Source: Candidatus Saccharimonadota bacterium (lineage in GTDB: Bacteria > Patescibacteriota > Saccharimonadia > Saccharimonadales > UBA4665). From it: DNA of 32,000 nt. Of this stretch, positions 17,949 through 25,485 are shown piece by piece. The notes under the pieces were generated by a model. That model was not told the DNA's origin. It saw only the letters and a program-made list of their open reading frames with translations, and did no database searches. How positions within the stretch are numbered: the first letter of the stretch is position 1; each line of letters starts with the position of its first letter. The translations under genes and the position numbers were made by a program. Location of the stretch: the NCBI GenBank assembly GCA_003516025.1, contig CP023991.1, forward strand, positions 390,001 through 422,000, written 5' to 3'.

Positions 17949-18344
17949 ATGAATAGTATTGACCAGCAGTTTGTTGAATTTGTCGTAAAGTCTTTGGTCA
18001 GCAATCCCGACGCAGTTGAAGTTACACGCCGTATTGATGAAAAAGGAGTATTACTCGAACTCACCGTCGATCCCGAAGATCTCGGCCGGGTGATCGGAAA
18101 ACGCGGTGCCACGGCTCAAAGTATCCGTACCTTACTCAGAGCTCTCGGCACCAAGAATGATGCCCGCTATAACTTAAAAATTGTCGATAACGGTGTAGGC
18201 GGAGGCAGTGATAGTTCCACCGACGACAGTCAACGCGGCGATAACCCGTCCGATGACAGTACCGCCGCCGATAGCCCGCAGGAAAGTGACGTTGTCCGCA
18301 ATACCCGCCGCGAGCTGGCGGACCTCGATGACCTCGACGTCTAA
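17949..18344 (+). CDS. KH-domain RNA-binding protein (YlqC/KhpA-like) with acidic Ser/Asp-rich tail
   Basis: KH GxxG motif in VIGKRGATAQSIRTLL. It holds the conserved position directly after rpsP. AGGAGA RBS. The tail is GGGSDSSTDDSQRGDNPSDDSTAADSPQESD. Confidence 0.8.
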   Translation: MNSIDQQFVEFVVKSLVSNPDAVEVTRRIDEKGVLLELTVDPEDLGRVIGKRGATAQSIRTLLRALGTKNDARYNLKIVDNGVGGGSDSSTDDSQRGDNPSDDSTAADSPQESDVVRNTRRELADLDDLDV

Positions 18345-18485
18345 AAATCGCTAAGCCTCTTGCAAGCGTAGGCGTAATGCGCTACGATATCTATGTCGAG
18401 AAAACGACTTTCTTTAAAAAACAAAAACTATCAGCTCATGCGAGCCATTCGCGCCACTCTGGCACTTATGGGAGCTTTATGTGAC

Positions 18486-18519
18486 AAAAAGAACCAGCCG
18501 TGCAAAGCTGGTTCTTTTT
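18486..18519 (+). terminator. Intrinsic terminator in the KH-trmD spacer
   Basis: AAAAA-GAACCAGC-(8 nt loop)-GCTGGTTC-TTTTT. Stems at 18491-18498 and 18507-18514, T-run at 18515-18519. Confidence 0.65.
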
Positions 18520-18601
18520 GGTTCTACCGAAGTTATCAAGATGGTTATGCTTAAATTTTAACAGACAAATGTATTAAAATGTGCTATAATATGTTAAACC
18601 C

Positions 18602-19252
18602 ATGAAAATTCAAGTTATTACATTATTTCCAGATATGTTTACCGGTGTATTTAGTAACAGCATGCTCTGGAAAGCCAGCGACAGAGGTATTGTCCAGTAT
18701 TCATGTATCGATCTTCGCCAGTTTGGCCTGGGGCCCCGCAAACAGGTTGATGACACTCCGTACGGCGGGGGCGATGGCATGCTGTTGCGTCCCGAACCAT
18801 TACTGGCGGCTATAGAACAGGCCAAAGCCAATGATCCTGATGCCCTAGTGCTGCTGCCTACGCCGCGCGGACAGCTGTATAAACAGTCTGAAGCCAAGCA
18901 GCTCGCGGCGAACGGCAAGGGCCTGATTGTTATTTGCCCGCGCTACGAGGGCTACGATGAGCGTATCACCAAATGGGTTGACCGGCAGTACTGTGTGGGC
19001 AATTACGTGCTTACTGGCGGTGAACTGCCAGCCATGATTATGATTGATTCCATCGTACGCTTGCTACCCGGCGTGCTGGGCGGTGAAACCAGCACGGAAA
19101 TTGAATCATTCCAGGATGATGACGAGAATATTGAGTTTCCGCAGTATACCCGCCCGGCGGTATTCCAAGATATGGCGGTCCCCGAAGTACTGCTGGGCGG
19201 CCATCATGCCGAAATCCTCAAGTGGCGTGCCCAAAACAGCCACCGGCCATAA
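18602..19252 (+). CDS. trmD: tRNA (guanine37-N1)-methyltransferase
   Basis: TrmD hallmarks: MKIQVITLFPDMF, DDTPYGGGDGMLL, CPRYEGYDERI and YVLTGGELPAMIMIDSIVRLLPGVLG. An extended -10 TGcTATAAT (18582-18590) lies 11 nt upstream of the ATG. Confidence 0.9.
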   Translation: MKIQVITLFPDMFTGVFSNSMLWKASDRGIVQYSCIDLRQFGLGPRKQVDDTPYGGGDGMLLRPEPLLAAIEQAKANDPDALVLLPTPRGQLYKQSEAKQLAANGKGLIVICPRYEGYDERITKWVDRQYCVGNYVLTGGELPAMIMIDSIVRLLPGVLGGETSTEIESFQDDDENIEFPQYTRPAVFQDMAVPEVLLGGHHAEILKWRAQNSHRP

Positions 19253-19259
19253 ACTGTAC

Positions 19260-19288
19260 TGACACCGGCCCTTCGGCGTACTATACTT
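19260..19288 (+). promoter_or_regulatory. Possible promoter of the sodN operon (CTGACA-17 nt-TATACT)
   Basis: cTGACA at 19260-19265, a 17-nt spacer and TATACT at 19283-19288. A GGAGGA RBS at 19311-19316 precedes ATG 19321. Confidence 0.35.
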
Positions 19289-19320
19289 ATTACCAGAAGT
19301 ACCGTAACCGGAGGAGACAC

Positions 19321-19713
19321 ATGAAACTACCAAAACTGACATTTATTAAGCCGGTCTATGCCCACTGTGACCTGCCGTGCGGCGTGTATGATCCGGCCCA
19401 GGCGCGGATTGAAGCCGAAAGCGTGCTGGCAATTATGAAAAAGTATGACGGCCTCGATGAGGTCGGTAAAATCCGGGCCATTATGATCAAGGAACAGCGC
19501 GCCGAGTTGGTGAAAAACCACCTGTGGGTGTTGTGGACCGATTACTTTAAGCCGGAACACTTGGAAAAGTACCCAAACCTGCACGACTTGTTCTGGAAAG
19601 CTACCAAGCAGGCAGGGGAATGCAAGCATCATATTGAACCTGAGGAGGGTGAAAAACTGCTGACCCAAATCGACGAGATAGCTACCATTTTCTGGGAAAC
19701 CAAACAGGCCTGA
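19321..19713 (+). CDS. sodN: Nickel-containing superoxide dismutase precursor (NiSOD)
   Basis: A 14-aa propeptide MKLPKLTFIKPVYA is followed by the nickel-hook N-terminus HCDLPCGVYDPAQARIEAESV. The rest also matches Streptomyces SodN as I recall it (IKEQRAELVKNHLWVLWTDYFKP...IFWETKQA). The ORF-track start at 19222 lies inside trmD and is rejected. Confidence 0.9.
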   Translation: MKLPKLTFIKPVYAHCDLPCGVYDPAQARIEAESVLAIMKKYDGLDEVGKIRAIMIKEQRAELVKNHLWVLWTDYFKPEHLEKYPNLHDLFWKATKQAGECKHHIEPEEGEKLLTQIDEIATIFWETKQA

Positions 19714-19716
19714 GTT

Positions 19717-20028
19717 ATGTTCGCGGTGCGTAGAGTAAGCGGCGAAAGTATGCTACCGGCACTCAAACCAGGCCAAATCGTTGTATTCCTGTGCCGTCCG
19801 CGCCGTTTAGCCACTGGTGATGTAGTTCTTCTTAACCACCGCGAACTGGAGAAAGTTAAGCGGCTTATTCACATCGACGGGCAAAAGGTGTATGTTGAAG
19901 GGGATAATCCCAATCCTGCCGCAAGCACTGACAGCCGTCAGTTTGGCTGGATCGAACGTAACCTCGTACAAGGAAAAATGATATGGCCCATTCAGACTCA
20001 GACAACCCGCAAAAAGTTCCGCGAATAG
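19717..20028 (+). CDS. sodX: S26-family signal-peptidase-like protease, NiSOD maturation protease
   Basis: Catalytic-serine motif SGESMLPAL and a small (103 aa) soluble S26 fold. It starts 3 nt after the sodN stop, which is the canonical sodN-sodX pairing. Confidence 0.8.
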   Translation: MFAVRRVSGESMLPALKPGQIVVFLCRPRRLATGDVVLLNHRELEKVKRLIHIDGQKVYVEGDNPNPAASTDSRQFGWIERNLVQGKMIWPIQTQTTRKKFRE

Positions 20029-20717
20029 TACTTGGTGTAGCGGCGCATCCTGACGATCTGGACTTTAGTTCGGCTGGTACGGTAGCGACATGGGCCGCTG
20101 CCGGTGCTGAGGTGTATTACCTGGTGCTCACAAACGGTAATAAGGGTTCGGCCGACCGTACCGCCGACCCGGCAGCACTCACTGAACTGCGCCGCCAGGA
20201 GCAGCGTGACGCGGCTGCGATTCTGGGCGTCAAAGACGTGTTCTTTTGCGACTACGAAGACGGTGCCCTGGAAGTGACGATGGACGTAAAGCGTGACATC
20301 GCCCGGATCATCCGCCAGGTTCGACCCGAAGTCGTCATAACGTTTGATCCCTGCATGCTGTATAACGCTGACATGGGCTTTATTAACCACCCCGATCATC
20401 GCGCCGCCGGGCAGGCGACGTTAGACGCGGTATATCCTTTAGCCCGCGATCATCTGAGTTTCCCCGAGCTCTACCGGGACGAAGGCCTGGAGCCGCATAA
20501 TGTATCTGCCGTACTGCTGGCCAATTTTACGAATCAGAATTACCATGTGAATATTACCGAATGCTTTGACACTAAAATTGCCGCCATTATGGCTCATACG
20601 AGCCAGGTTGCCGACCCTGAGGCTATGAAAAACATGATGCGGACTATGGCGAGCCGCATAGGTGCCTCAGCTGGCGTATCGCTGGCTGAAGGCTTTATGC
20701 GTATTGATATCGCCTAA
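19983..20717 (+). CDS. PIG-L / LmbE family N-acetylglucosaminyl deacetylase
   Basis: AHPDD motif (LGVAAHPDDLDF) and HPDH motif (INHPDHRAAGQA). An AAGGA RBS lies 8 nt upstream of ATG 19983. It overlaps the sodX 3' end by 46 nt in another frame, and no alternative start lies downstream. Confidence 0.85.
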   Translation: MAHSDSDNPQKVPRIVLGVAAHPDDLDFSSAGTVATWAAAGAEVYYLVLTNGNKGSADRTADPAALTELRRQEQRDAAAILGVKDVFFCDYEDGALEVTMDVKRDIARIIRQVRPEVVITFDPCMLYNADMGFINHPDHRAAGQATLDAVYPLARDHLSFPELYRDEGLEPHNVSAVLLANFTNQNYHVNITECFDTKIAAIMAHTSQVADPEAMKNMMRTMASRIGASAGVSLAEGFMRIDIA

Positions 20718-21089
20718 ACTCCGTTGAAGCGAAGTTTTTAAGCTGCTTAGCTAAATATTTCGCTGAATAAGACGCGCGCCGCCGGTACTATAGGGGTATC
20801 CGAAGCGTGTTATTGCAACCGCACGGAATGGGGGTACTCATATGGCACAAAACTATATCCGCGCCACGACTCATGGAGAATCACGACTCGGCATCGGTTC
20901 GCTGGAAGCGAAGCGGCGGAGAATAGTTTTGGCTCGCGCCTACGCGGATGACGTACGCCTCGGAACAACGCTCAGTCAGAGCTTTCCGCGGCGGTACGTA
21001 GTCGGCAATCAGGCGGAATATATGGTATGTACCTTCGCGGGCAGATTAATGCCTTTATAAATGTCAAATAATAAGAAAGGATACACATT

Positions 21090-21362
21090 ATGGGAATAAT
21101 TATGTATATCATTTTTGGAGCATTAGTAGGCTGGATCGCCTCAATGATCATGGGCCGCAACGCCGAACAGGGCGCCATTGGTAATATCATTGTCGGTATC
21201 TTGGGTGCCTTCATTGGCGGATGGCTGATGAACATGCTCGGAAGTACCGGAGTTACCGGTTTTAACATCCGCAGCTTCCTCGTCGCCCTCGCCGGCGCCG
21301 TCGTTCTGCTGTTCGTGGTCAACCTGTTCCGCCACCGCGGTGCTCGTCATCACGCTGCCTAG
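21090..21362 (+). CDS. GlsB/YeaQ/YmgE family (transglycosylase-associated) small stress membrane protein
   Basis: Typical Gly-rich three-helix sequence MGIIMYIIFGALVGWIASMIMGRNAEQGAIGNIIVGILGAFIGGWLMNMLG. AAGAAAGGA RBS. Confidence 0.85.
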   Translation: MGIIMYIIFGALVGWIASMIMGRNAEQGAIGNIIVGILGAFIGGWLMNMLGSTGVTGFNIRSFLVALAGAVVLLFVVNLFRHRGARHHAA

Positions 21363-21380
21363 AAGATTTTCTTCGTAAGT

Positions 21381-21410
21381 AAAAAGCCCGGAACAATTCC
21401 GGGCTTTTTT
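21381..21410. terminator. Bidirectional intrinsic terminator between the yeaQ-like gene (+) and the receiver gene (-)
   Basis: AAAAA-GCCCGGAA-CAA-TTCCGGGC-TTTTTT, with a perfect 8-bp stem (21386-21393 / 21397-21404). Confidence 0.75.
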
Positions 21411-21424
21411 ATTGTATGTACTGC

Positions 21425-21808
21425 TTATTCTTTGGAAGGGCCGAGGTGTCCGATAATGTGATTGACTTTGACAGCCAGTTCACGCGGCGAAGTGTTGGCT
21501 TTTAAGATATAGCGGTGAGCGCCAAGTTTGCGGGCTTCTTCAACTTGTTCGTCTTCATTGAGGTTACTCAAAATGATGATCGTGGTTTGTGGGTATTTGG
21601 CAGGCGTAAAATGACGCAGAAATTCCAGTCCGTCCATCTTTGGCATCAGCATGTCCAGTAATATAAGGTCGGGAGACAAATCTTTGAGCTTTTCAAGGCC
21701 TTCTTCACCGTTAAAAGCGGTTGTAACATTGTGGCCGTCCTTTTCCAGAATCAGCTTGTAGGCCTCGTTCAGTGTCTCGTTATCTTCAATTATCAGTACT
21801 TTAGTCAT
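21425..21808 (-). CDS. Stand-alone response-regulator receiver protein (CheY-like, 127 aa, no output domain)
   Basis: REC hallmarks: acidic pair in IIEDNE, phospho-acceptor Asp in DLILLDMLMP, Ser in ILSNL and Lys in YILKA. No HTH or other output domain. Confidence 0.9.
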   Translation of the reverse strand: MTKVLIIEDNETLNEAYKLILEKDGHNVTTAFNGEEGLEKLKDLSPDLILLDMLMPKMDGLEFLRHFTPAKYPQTTIIILSNLNEDEQVEEARKLGAHRYILKANTSPRELAVKVNHIIGHLGPSKE

Positions 21809-21923
21809 TGGTAACCTCTGTTATCAAACCTTATTGTATTCCTTTCAGGCAGTATTGTAAAACGCTTGGATACCGTTCGGCTTGTATCGTAGTGTATAGT
21901 GAGGATAGGTACGTCGTACATAT

Positions 21924-23261
21924 ATGCATTTGAAGTCACTATGGAGCTACGTAAACAAGGGTTTGCTCATTATTTTGAGCATCTTAATAATTTCTGCCTT
22001 GGCAGCGATTATTTATCTGACGCATACCCTGCTTGGTCTGAAGACCTTGGTGACGACTGGCGGCAATTCGGCCGGTACAGTTATCGTGCTGCAGGATGTC
22101 CTGATTAATCTCGATGACATGCAAGCGTCGGTGCGGGGGTATATAATCAGTGGCGATACAGTTTTCTTGAAGCCGTACGAGGCCGCGACCAAGCGTTTGC
22201 CGGCTGACATCAGTATTTTGCAGAACAGCCAGAGCGTTTCGCTCACGAACGACCAGCGCCAGCGTCTGGTTGATCTTATCGAGCAAAAAACGGATATATC
22301 CAAACGGGCTGTCGAGCTCTACGACAGTCAGGGATTCGAAGCTGCCCAGGCTGGTGTGCGGCGCGGAGCGGGTGAGGACGCCATGTTCCAGATCCGGAAT
22401 GAGATTTCTGATATCTCTTCAAACGATCTGCGCCAGGTCGGTCCGTTGCTGCGTAATTCAGTGGCCAACGTGCACCGGGCCCTATGGGTTGCCAGCATGC
22501 TGGCGGTACTGATCCTGTGTACCAGCGGCGCTATCGCATGGTATTTTAAACGCACTATTTTGCAGGAGCGGGCGCTGGAAAGCACTAAGAACGAATTTCT
22601 GTCGCTGGCGTCCCATCAACTGCGTACGCCAGCCACCAATGTGAAACAATATATTGGCCTGTTGTTAGACGGCTACATGGGAGACCTTAACGAGCAGCAG
22701 CGCCATGCGCTTACCGTGGCCTACAAGAATAACGAATCAGAAATCAACATCATGAATGACCTGCTTGATGTGGCGAAGCTGGACCTCAACCGTATACAGC
22801 TCCACAAAAAGATGTGTAACGTGGTGCGCATCGCCAACCATACGGTCAAGGACTATACTACGGTAGCTAAAGATGCCGGCCAGACAATTAAGCTCGTGGC
22901 TCCAAAACAGATCATGGCCAATGTGGACGAGAGTTATATTAAAGGCGTCATCGACAACCTCGTTGATAACGCGGTTAAGTATTCCAAAGCGAATTCCCGA
23001 ATTACCGTTACGGTCGACCGTGAACAGGATCATGTTAAGTTTACCGTCAAGGATCAGGGGTTGGGTATCCGCAAACGTGACTTCAGCAAGTTATTTAATA
23101 AATTCTCGCGGCTCGACAACGAATTCTCGGCCAATTCGCAGGGCAGCGGCTTAGGGTTGTACTGGGTAAAGAAAGTGGTCAGCCTGCACGGCGGTTCAGT
23201 AGATGTTACGTCACGCGAAGGTAAGGGCTCGGAGTTTATCGTATTACTGCCGGTCCGTTAA
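21924..23261 (+). CDS. Sensor histidine kinase with CHASE3-type extracytoplasmic domain
   Basis: Two TM helices flank a CHASE3-like segment (MQASVRGYIISGDTVFLKPYEAA...GEDAMFQIRNEI). H-box FLSLASHQLRTP, N-box DNAVKYS, G1 DQGLGI and G2 GSGLGL. Confidence 0.9.
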   Translation: MHLKSLWSYVNKGLLIILSILIISALAAIIYLTHTLLGLKTLVTTGGNSAGTVIVLQDVLINLDDMQASVRGYIISGDTVFLKPYEAATKRLPADISILQNSQSVSLTNDQRQRLVDLIEQKTDISKRAVELYDSQGFEAAQAGVRRGAGEDAMFQIRNEISDISSNDLRQVGPLLRNSVANVHRALWVASMLAVLILCTSGAIAWYFKRTILQERALESTKNEFLSLASHQLRTPATNVKQYIGLLLDGYMGDLNEQQRHALTVAYKNNESEINIMNDLLDVAKLDLNRIQLHKKMCNVVRIANHTVKDYTTVAKDAGQTIKLVAPKQIMANVDESYIKGVIDNLVDNAVKYSKANSRITVTVDREQDHVKFTVKDQGLGIRKRDFSKLFNKFSRLDNEFSANSQGSGLGLYWVKKVVSLHGGSVDVTSREGKGSEFIVLLPVR

Positions 23262-23641
23262 CGGACGGCGCTACGTGATTTGAGGATATCGTTGACGATC
23301 TTTATGAGTCCCTGCGGCGCGGTCCAGGCTTTGATAACGCACTGGTCGGCGCCTAAACGGAAGGCTTCGTGTATTTCGGACGCGTGTTCCAGGTTGGTGA
23401 AAATCAATACTTTTACTTCTTTATGGACGTGCAGTAAGTCATAATCGCGCAGGAACTCCACGCCGGATTTTACGGGCATTAGCAGGTCGAGCAAAATAAG
23501 GTCAGCCGAAAAGTTCTGTAATTTTTCGGCTGCTTCATCGCCGTTAAACGCCGATACGACGGTATGTCCCTCCTTTTCTAAAATAACGCGGTACGCGAAG
23601 TTTAAATCCTTATCATCTTCTACGACACATATGTTTGCCAC
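23258..23641 (-). CDS. Stand-alone response-regulator receiver protein (second paralog, 127 aa)
   Basis: REC hallmarks (VVEDDKD, DLILLDLLMP, IFTNL, VIKA). GTG start with an AAAGGAG RBS. It is colinear with the 21425-21808 product and of the same length. Its 3' end overlaps the kinase stop by 4 nt. Confidence 0.9.
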   Translation of the reverse strand: MANICVVEDDKDLNFAYRVILEKEGHTVVSAFNGDEAAEKLQNFSADLILLDLLMPVKSGVEFLRDYDLLHVHKEVKVLIFTNLEHASEIHEAFRLGADQCVIKAWTAPQGLIKIVNDILKSRSAVR

Positions 23642-23811
23642 GGGCTGCTCCTTTTACGCTCATTATCAGATAAAACTGCTTATTACACAGTATGAAAAGT
23701 CACTTTACCGGCCTGTCTTTTATGCTTATGCCTAACGGATGTCCTATCCAAACTTGTAGCATCCTGCCAGGTTTGTCATACTAAGAATAAGCAATTTCGC
23801 TACGAGTATTT

Positions 23812-25482
23812 ATGGAGTATGCAATTTTTTACCAGTTAACATTAGTATTAGGGCTTGCGGCCTTCATCGCGTTGGTTTGCCGTGCTTTTCGCCAGCCACC
23901 GATTATTGGATATATCGCCACCGGTTTTATCGTTGGCCCGGCGTTCTTGAATGTTATAACCGACCATGAAGCTTTCGCGTCGTTCAGCCAGATTGGTATA
24001 GCCTTGCTGCTATTCGCTATCGGCCTGGGACTGAACGCCGGCGCCATCCGGACAACAGGCAAGTCAGTGTTCGCGGCCTTTTTCGCTGTCATTTTGGGCG
24101 TCGGGGCAGTGTCGTGGATAACGACGTCGCTTTTACACTTGTCCGCTCATGAGAGTCTGGTCGTCGCCCTGGCCCTGCTGTTCAGTAGCACTATCGTTGT
24201 CATTAAGGCGCTGAGTGATAAGAAAGAACAGAACCGTTTGTACGGTCAGATTGCCATTGGTATTTTGCTGGTCGAAGACATTGTGGCTACTATCGCGCTG
24301 CTATTCGTTTCGGCTCAAAGTGGAGCAGGTACGACGGCCGAAGACTTCGGCCTGCTGTTCGCTAAAGGCGGGGTGACGGCGGCTGTACTGGCCTTTTGCG
24401 GCGGTTTCGTCCTGCCGCGTATTGTCTCTAAAGTGGCCGCCAGCCAGGAGCTACTTTTTATTTGCGCCTTAGCATGGGCTTTTGGCATCGCCGGAACTTT
24501 TCACTGGCTCGGTTTCTCGATTGAAGTCGGCGCGTTATTCGCTGGTGTAACGCTCGCGCACTTGCCGTATGCCCAGGAAATCAGTACCCGGCTGAAGCCG
24601 TTGCGCGATTTTTTCCTCATCCTGTTTTTCGTGGAACTTGGACAAAACCTTAACGTTGATAACCTGAGCGGCGCGATCGTTCCGGCGCTGCTGCTTTCCG
24701 CCATTGCCCTGATCGTGAAGCCGTTGATGATCATTACCAGTCTTGGCCTGCTGGGTTACACCAAGCAAACCGCCTTTAAGACAGCGGTCCACCTTTCGCA
24801 AATCAGCGAATTTTCAATAATACTGGTGGTATTGGCGGTGAACACTTCGTTCGTGCGCCCGGAGCTGGCATCAATTATTACCTGTACGGCCATCATAACT
24901 ATCATCGTGTCATCATATCTTATGAAGTATGATGATGTGTTATACAAGAAATGGCAAAAACAGCTGTCGGTATTTGAGCGTGGCAAGACAAAACAGGAGA
25001 TCAAAGCGCTGCACGGTTATCCTTTGGTGCTACTTGGCTATCGGAACGGCGGTTACGAATATGTCCGGACATTCCGGGAAATGAAGAAGAAGTACGTCGT
25101 AATTGATTACGATCCAGAAGTCATCGAACATCTCGAGCACCAGCATATTAACCGCTTGTATGGTGATGTGACCGACCTAGAACTGCTCGAGGAAATCAGC
25201 CTGCACAAATCCGAAATTGTGGTGAGTACTATAACAGATATCACGGCTAACTTGCTTCTTGTAAAACACCTGTCGAACCGAAACCATAAAGCGATATTTA
25301 TTTGCCATGCCCGCGATTACGATGATGCTGTAAAGTTATACGAGCACGGCGCGAGTTTTGTCATAATGCCGCACATTATCGGCAGCGAACATGCCAACGC
25401 CTTTATACGGCGCAATGGTAATAATCCGGATGCTTTCGAAAAGTACCGCGCCAAGCACATTAGCGCACTTGAAGCGGCTTAA
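23812..25482 (+). CDS. Monovalent cation:proton antiporter-2 (CPA2, Kef-type) with C-terminal RCK/TrkA-N domain
   Basis: Typical Na+/H+-exchanger N-terminus (FRQPPIIGYIATGFIVGP) and about 12 TM helices. The cytoplasmic tail has a Rossmann-like beta-alpha-beta (PLVLLGYRNGGYEYVRTF...YVVIDYDPE). Confidence 0.85.
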   Translation: MEYAIFYQLTLVLGLAAFIALVCRAFRQPPIIGYIATGFIVGPAFLNVITDHEAFASFSQIGIALLLFAIGLGLNAGAIRTTGKSVFAAFFAVILGVGAVSWITTSLLHLSAHESLVVALALLFSSTIVVIKALSDKKEQNRLYGQIAIGILLVEDIVATIALLFVSAQSGAGTTAEDFGLLFAKGGVTAAVLAFCGGFVLPRIVSKVAASQELLFICALAWAFGIAGTFHWLGFSIEVGALFAGVTLAHLPYAQEISTRLKPLRDFFLILFFVELGQNLNVDNLSGAIVPALLLSAIALIVKPLMIITSLGLLGYTKQTAFKTAVHLSQISEFSIILVVLAVNTSFVRPELASIITCTAIITIIVSSYLMKYDDVLYKKWQKQLSVFERGKTKQEIKALHGYPLVLLGYRNGGYEYVRTFREMKKKYVVIDYDPEVIEHLEHQHINRLYGDVTDLELLEEISLHKSEIVVSTITDITANLLLVKHLSNRNHKAIFICHARDYDDAVKLYEHGASFVIMPHIIGSEHANAFIRRNGNNPDAFEKYRAKHISALEAA

Positions 25483-25485
25483 AGT

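Noticed and set aside
20718-21089. c-di-AMP (ydaO-type) or other known riboswitch upstream of the yeaQ-like gene
   Set aside because: A few GGGG(T)A and CCGAA strings are present. The pseudo-two-fold arrangement and the conserved CCCGAAYCCG/AGCTAACC elements of ydaO are absent, so it is left as unassigned under findings.
21899-22108. 69-aa ORF (GTG 21899) overlapping the histidine-kinase start in another frame
   Set aside because: The kinase frame continues into TM, CHASE3 and catalytic motifs. The alternative frame has no motifs and ends inside the kinase sensor domain.
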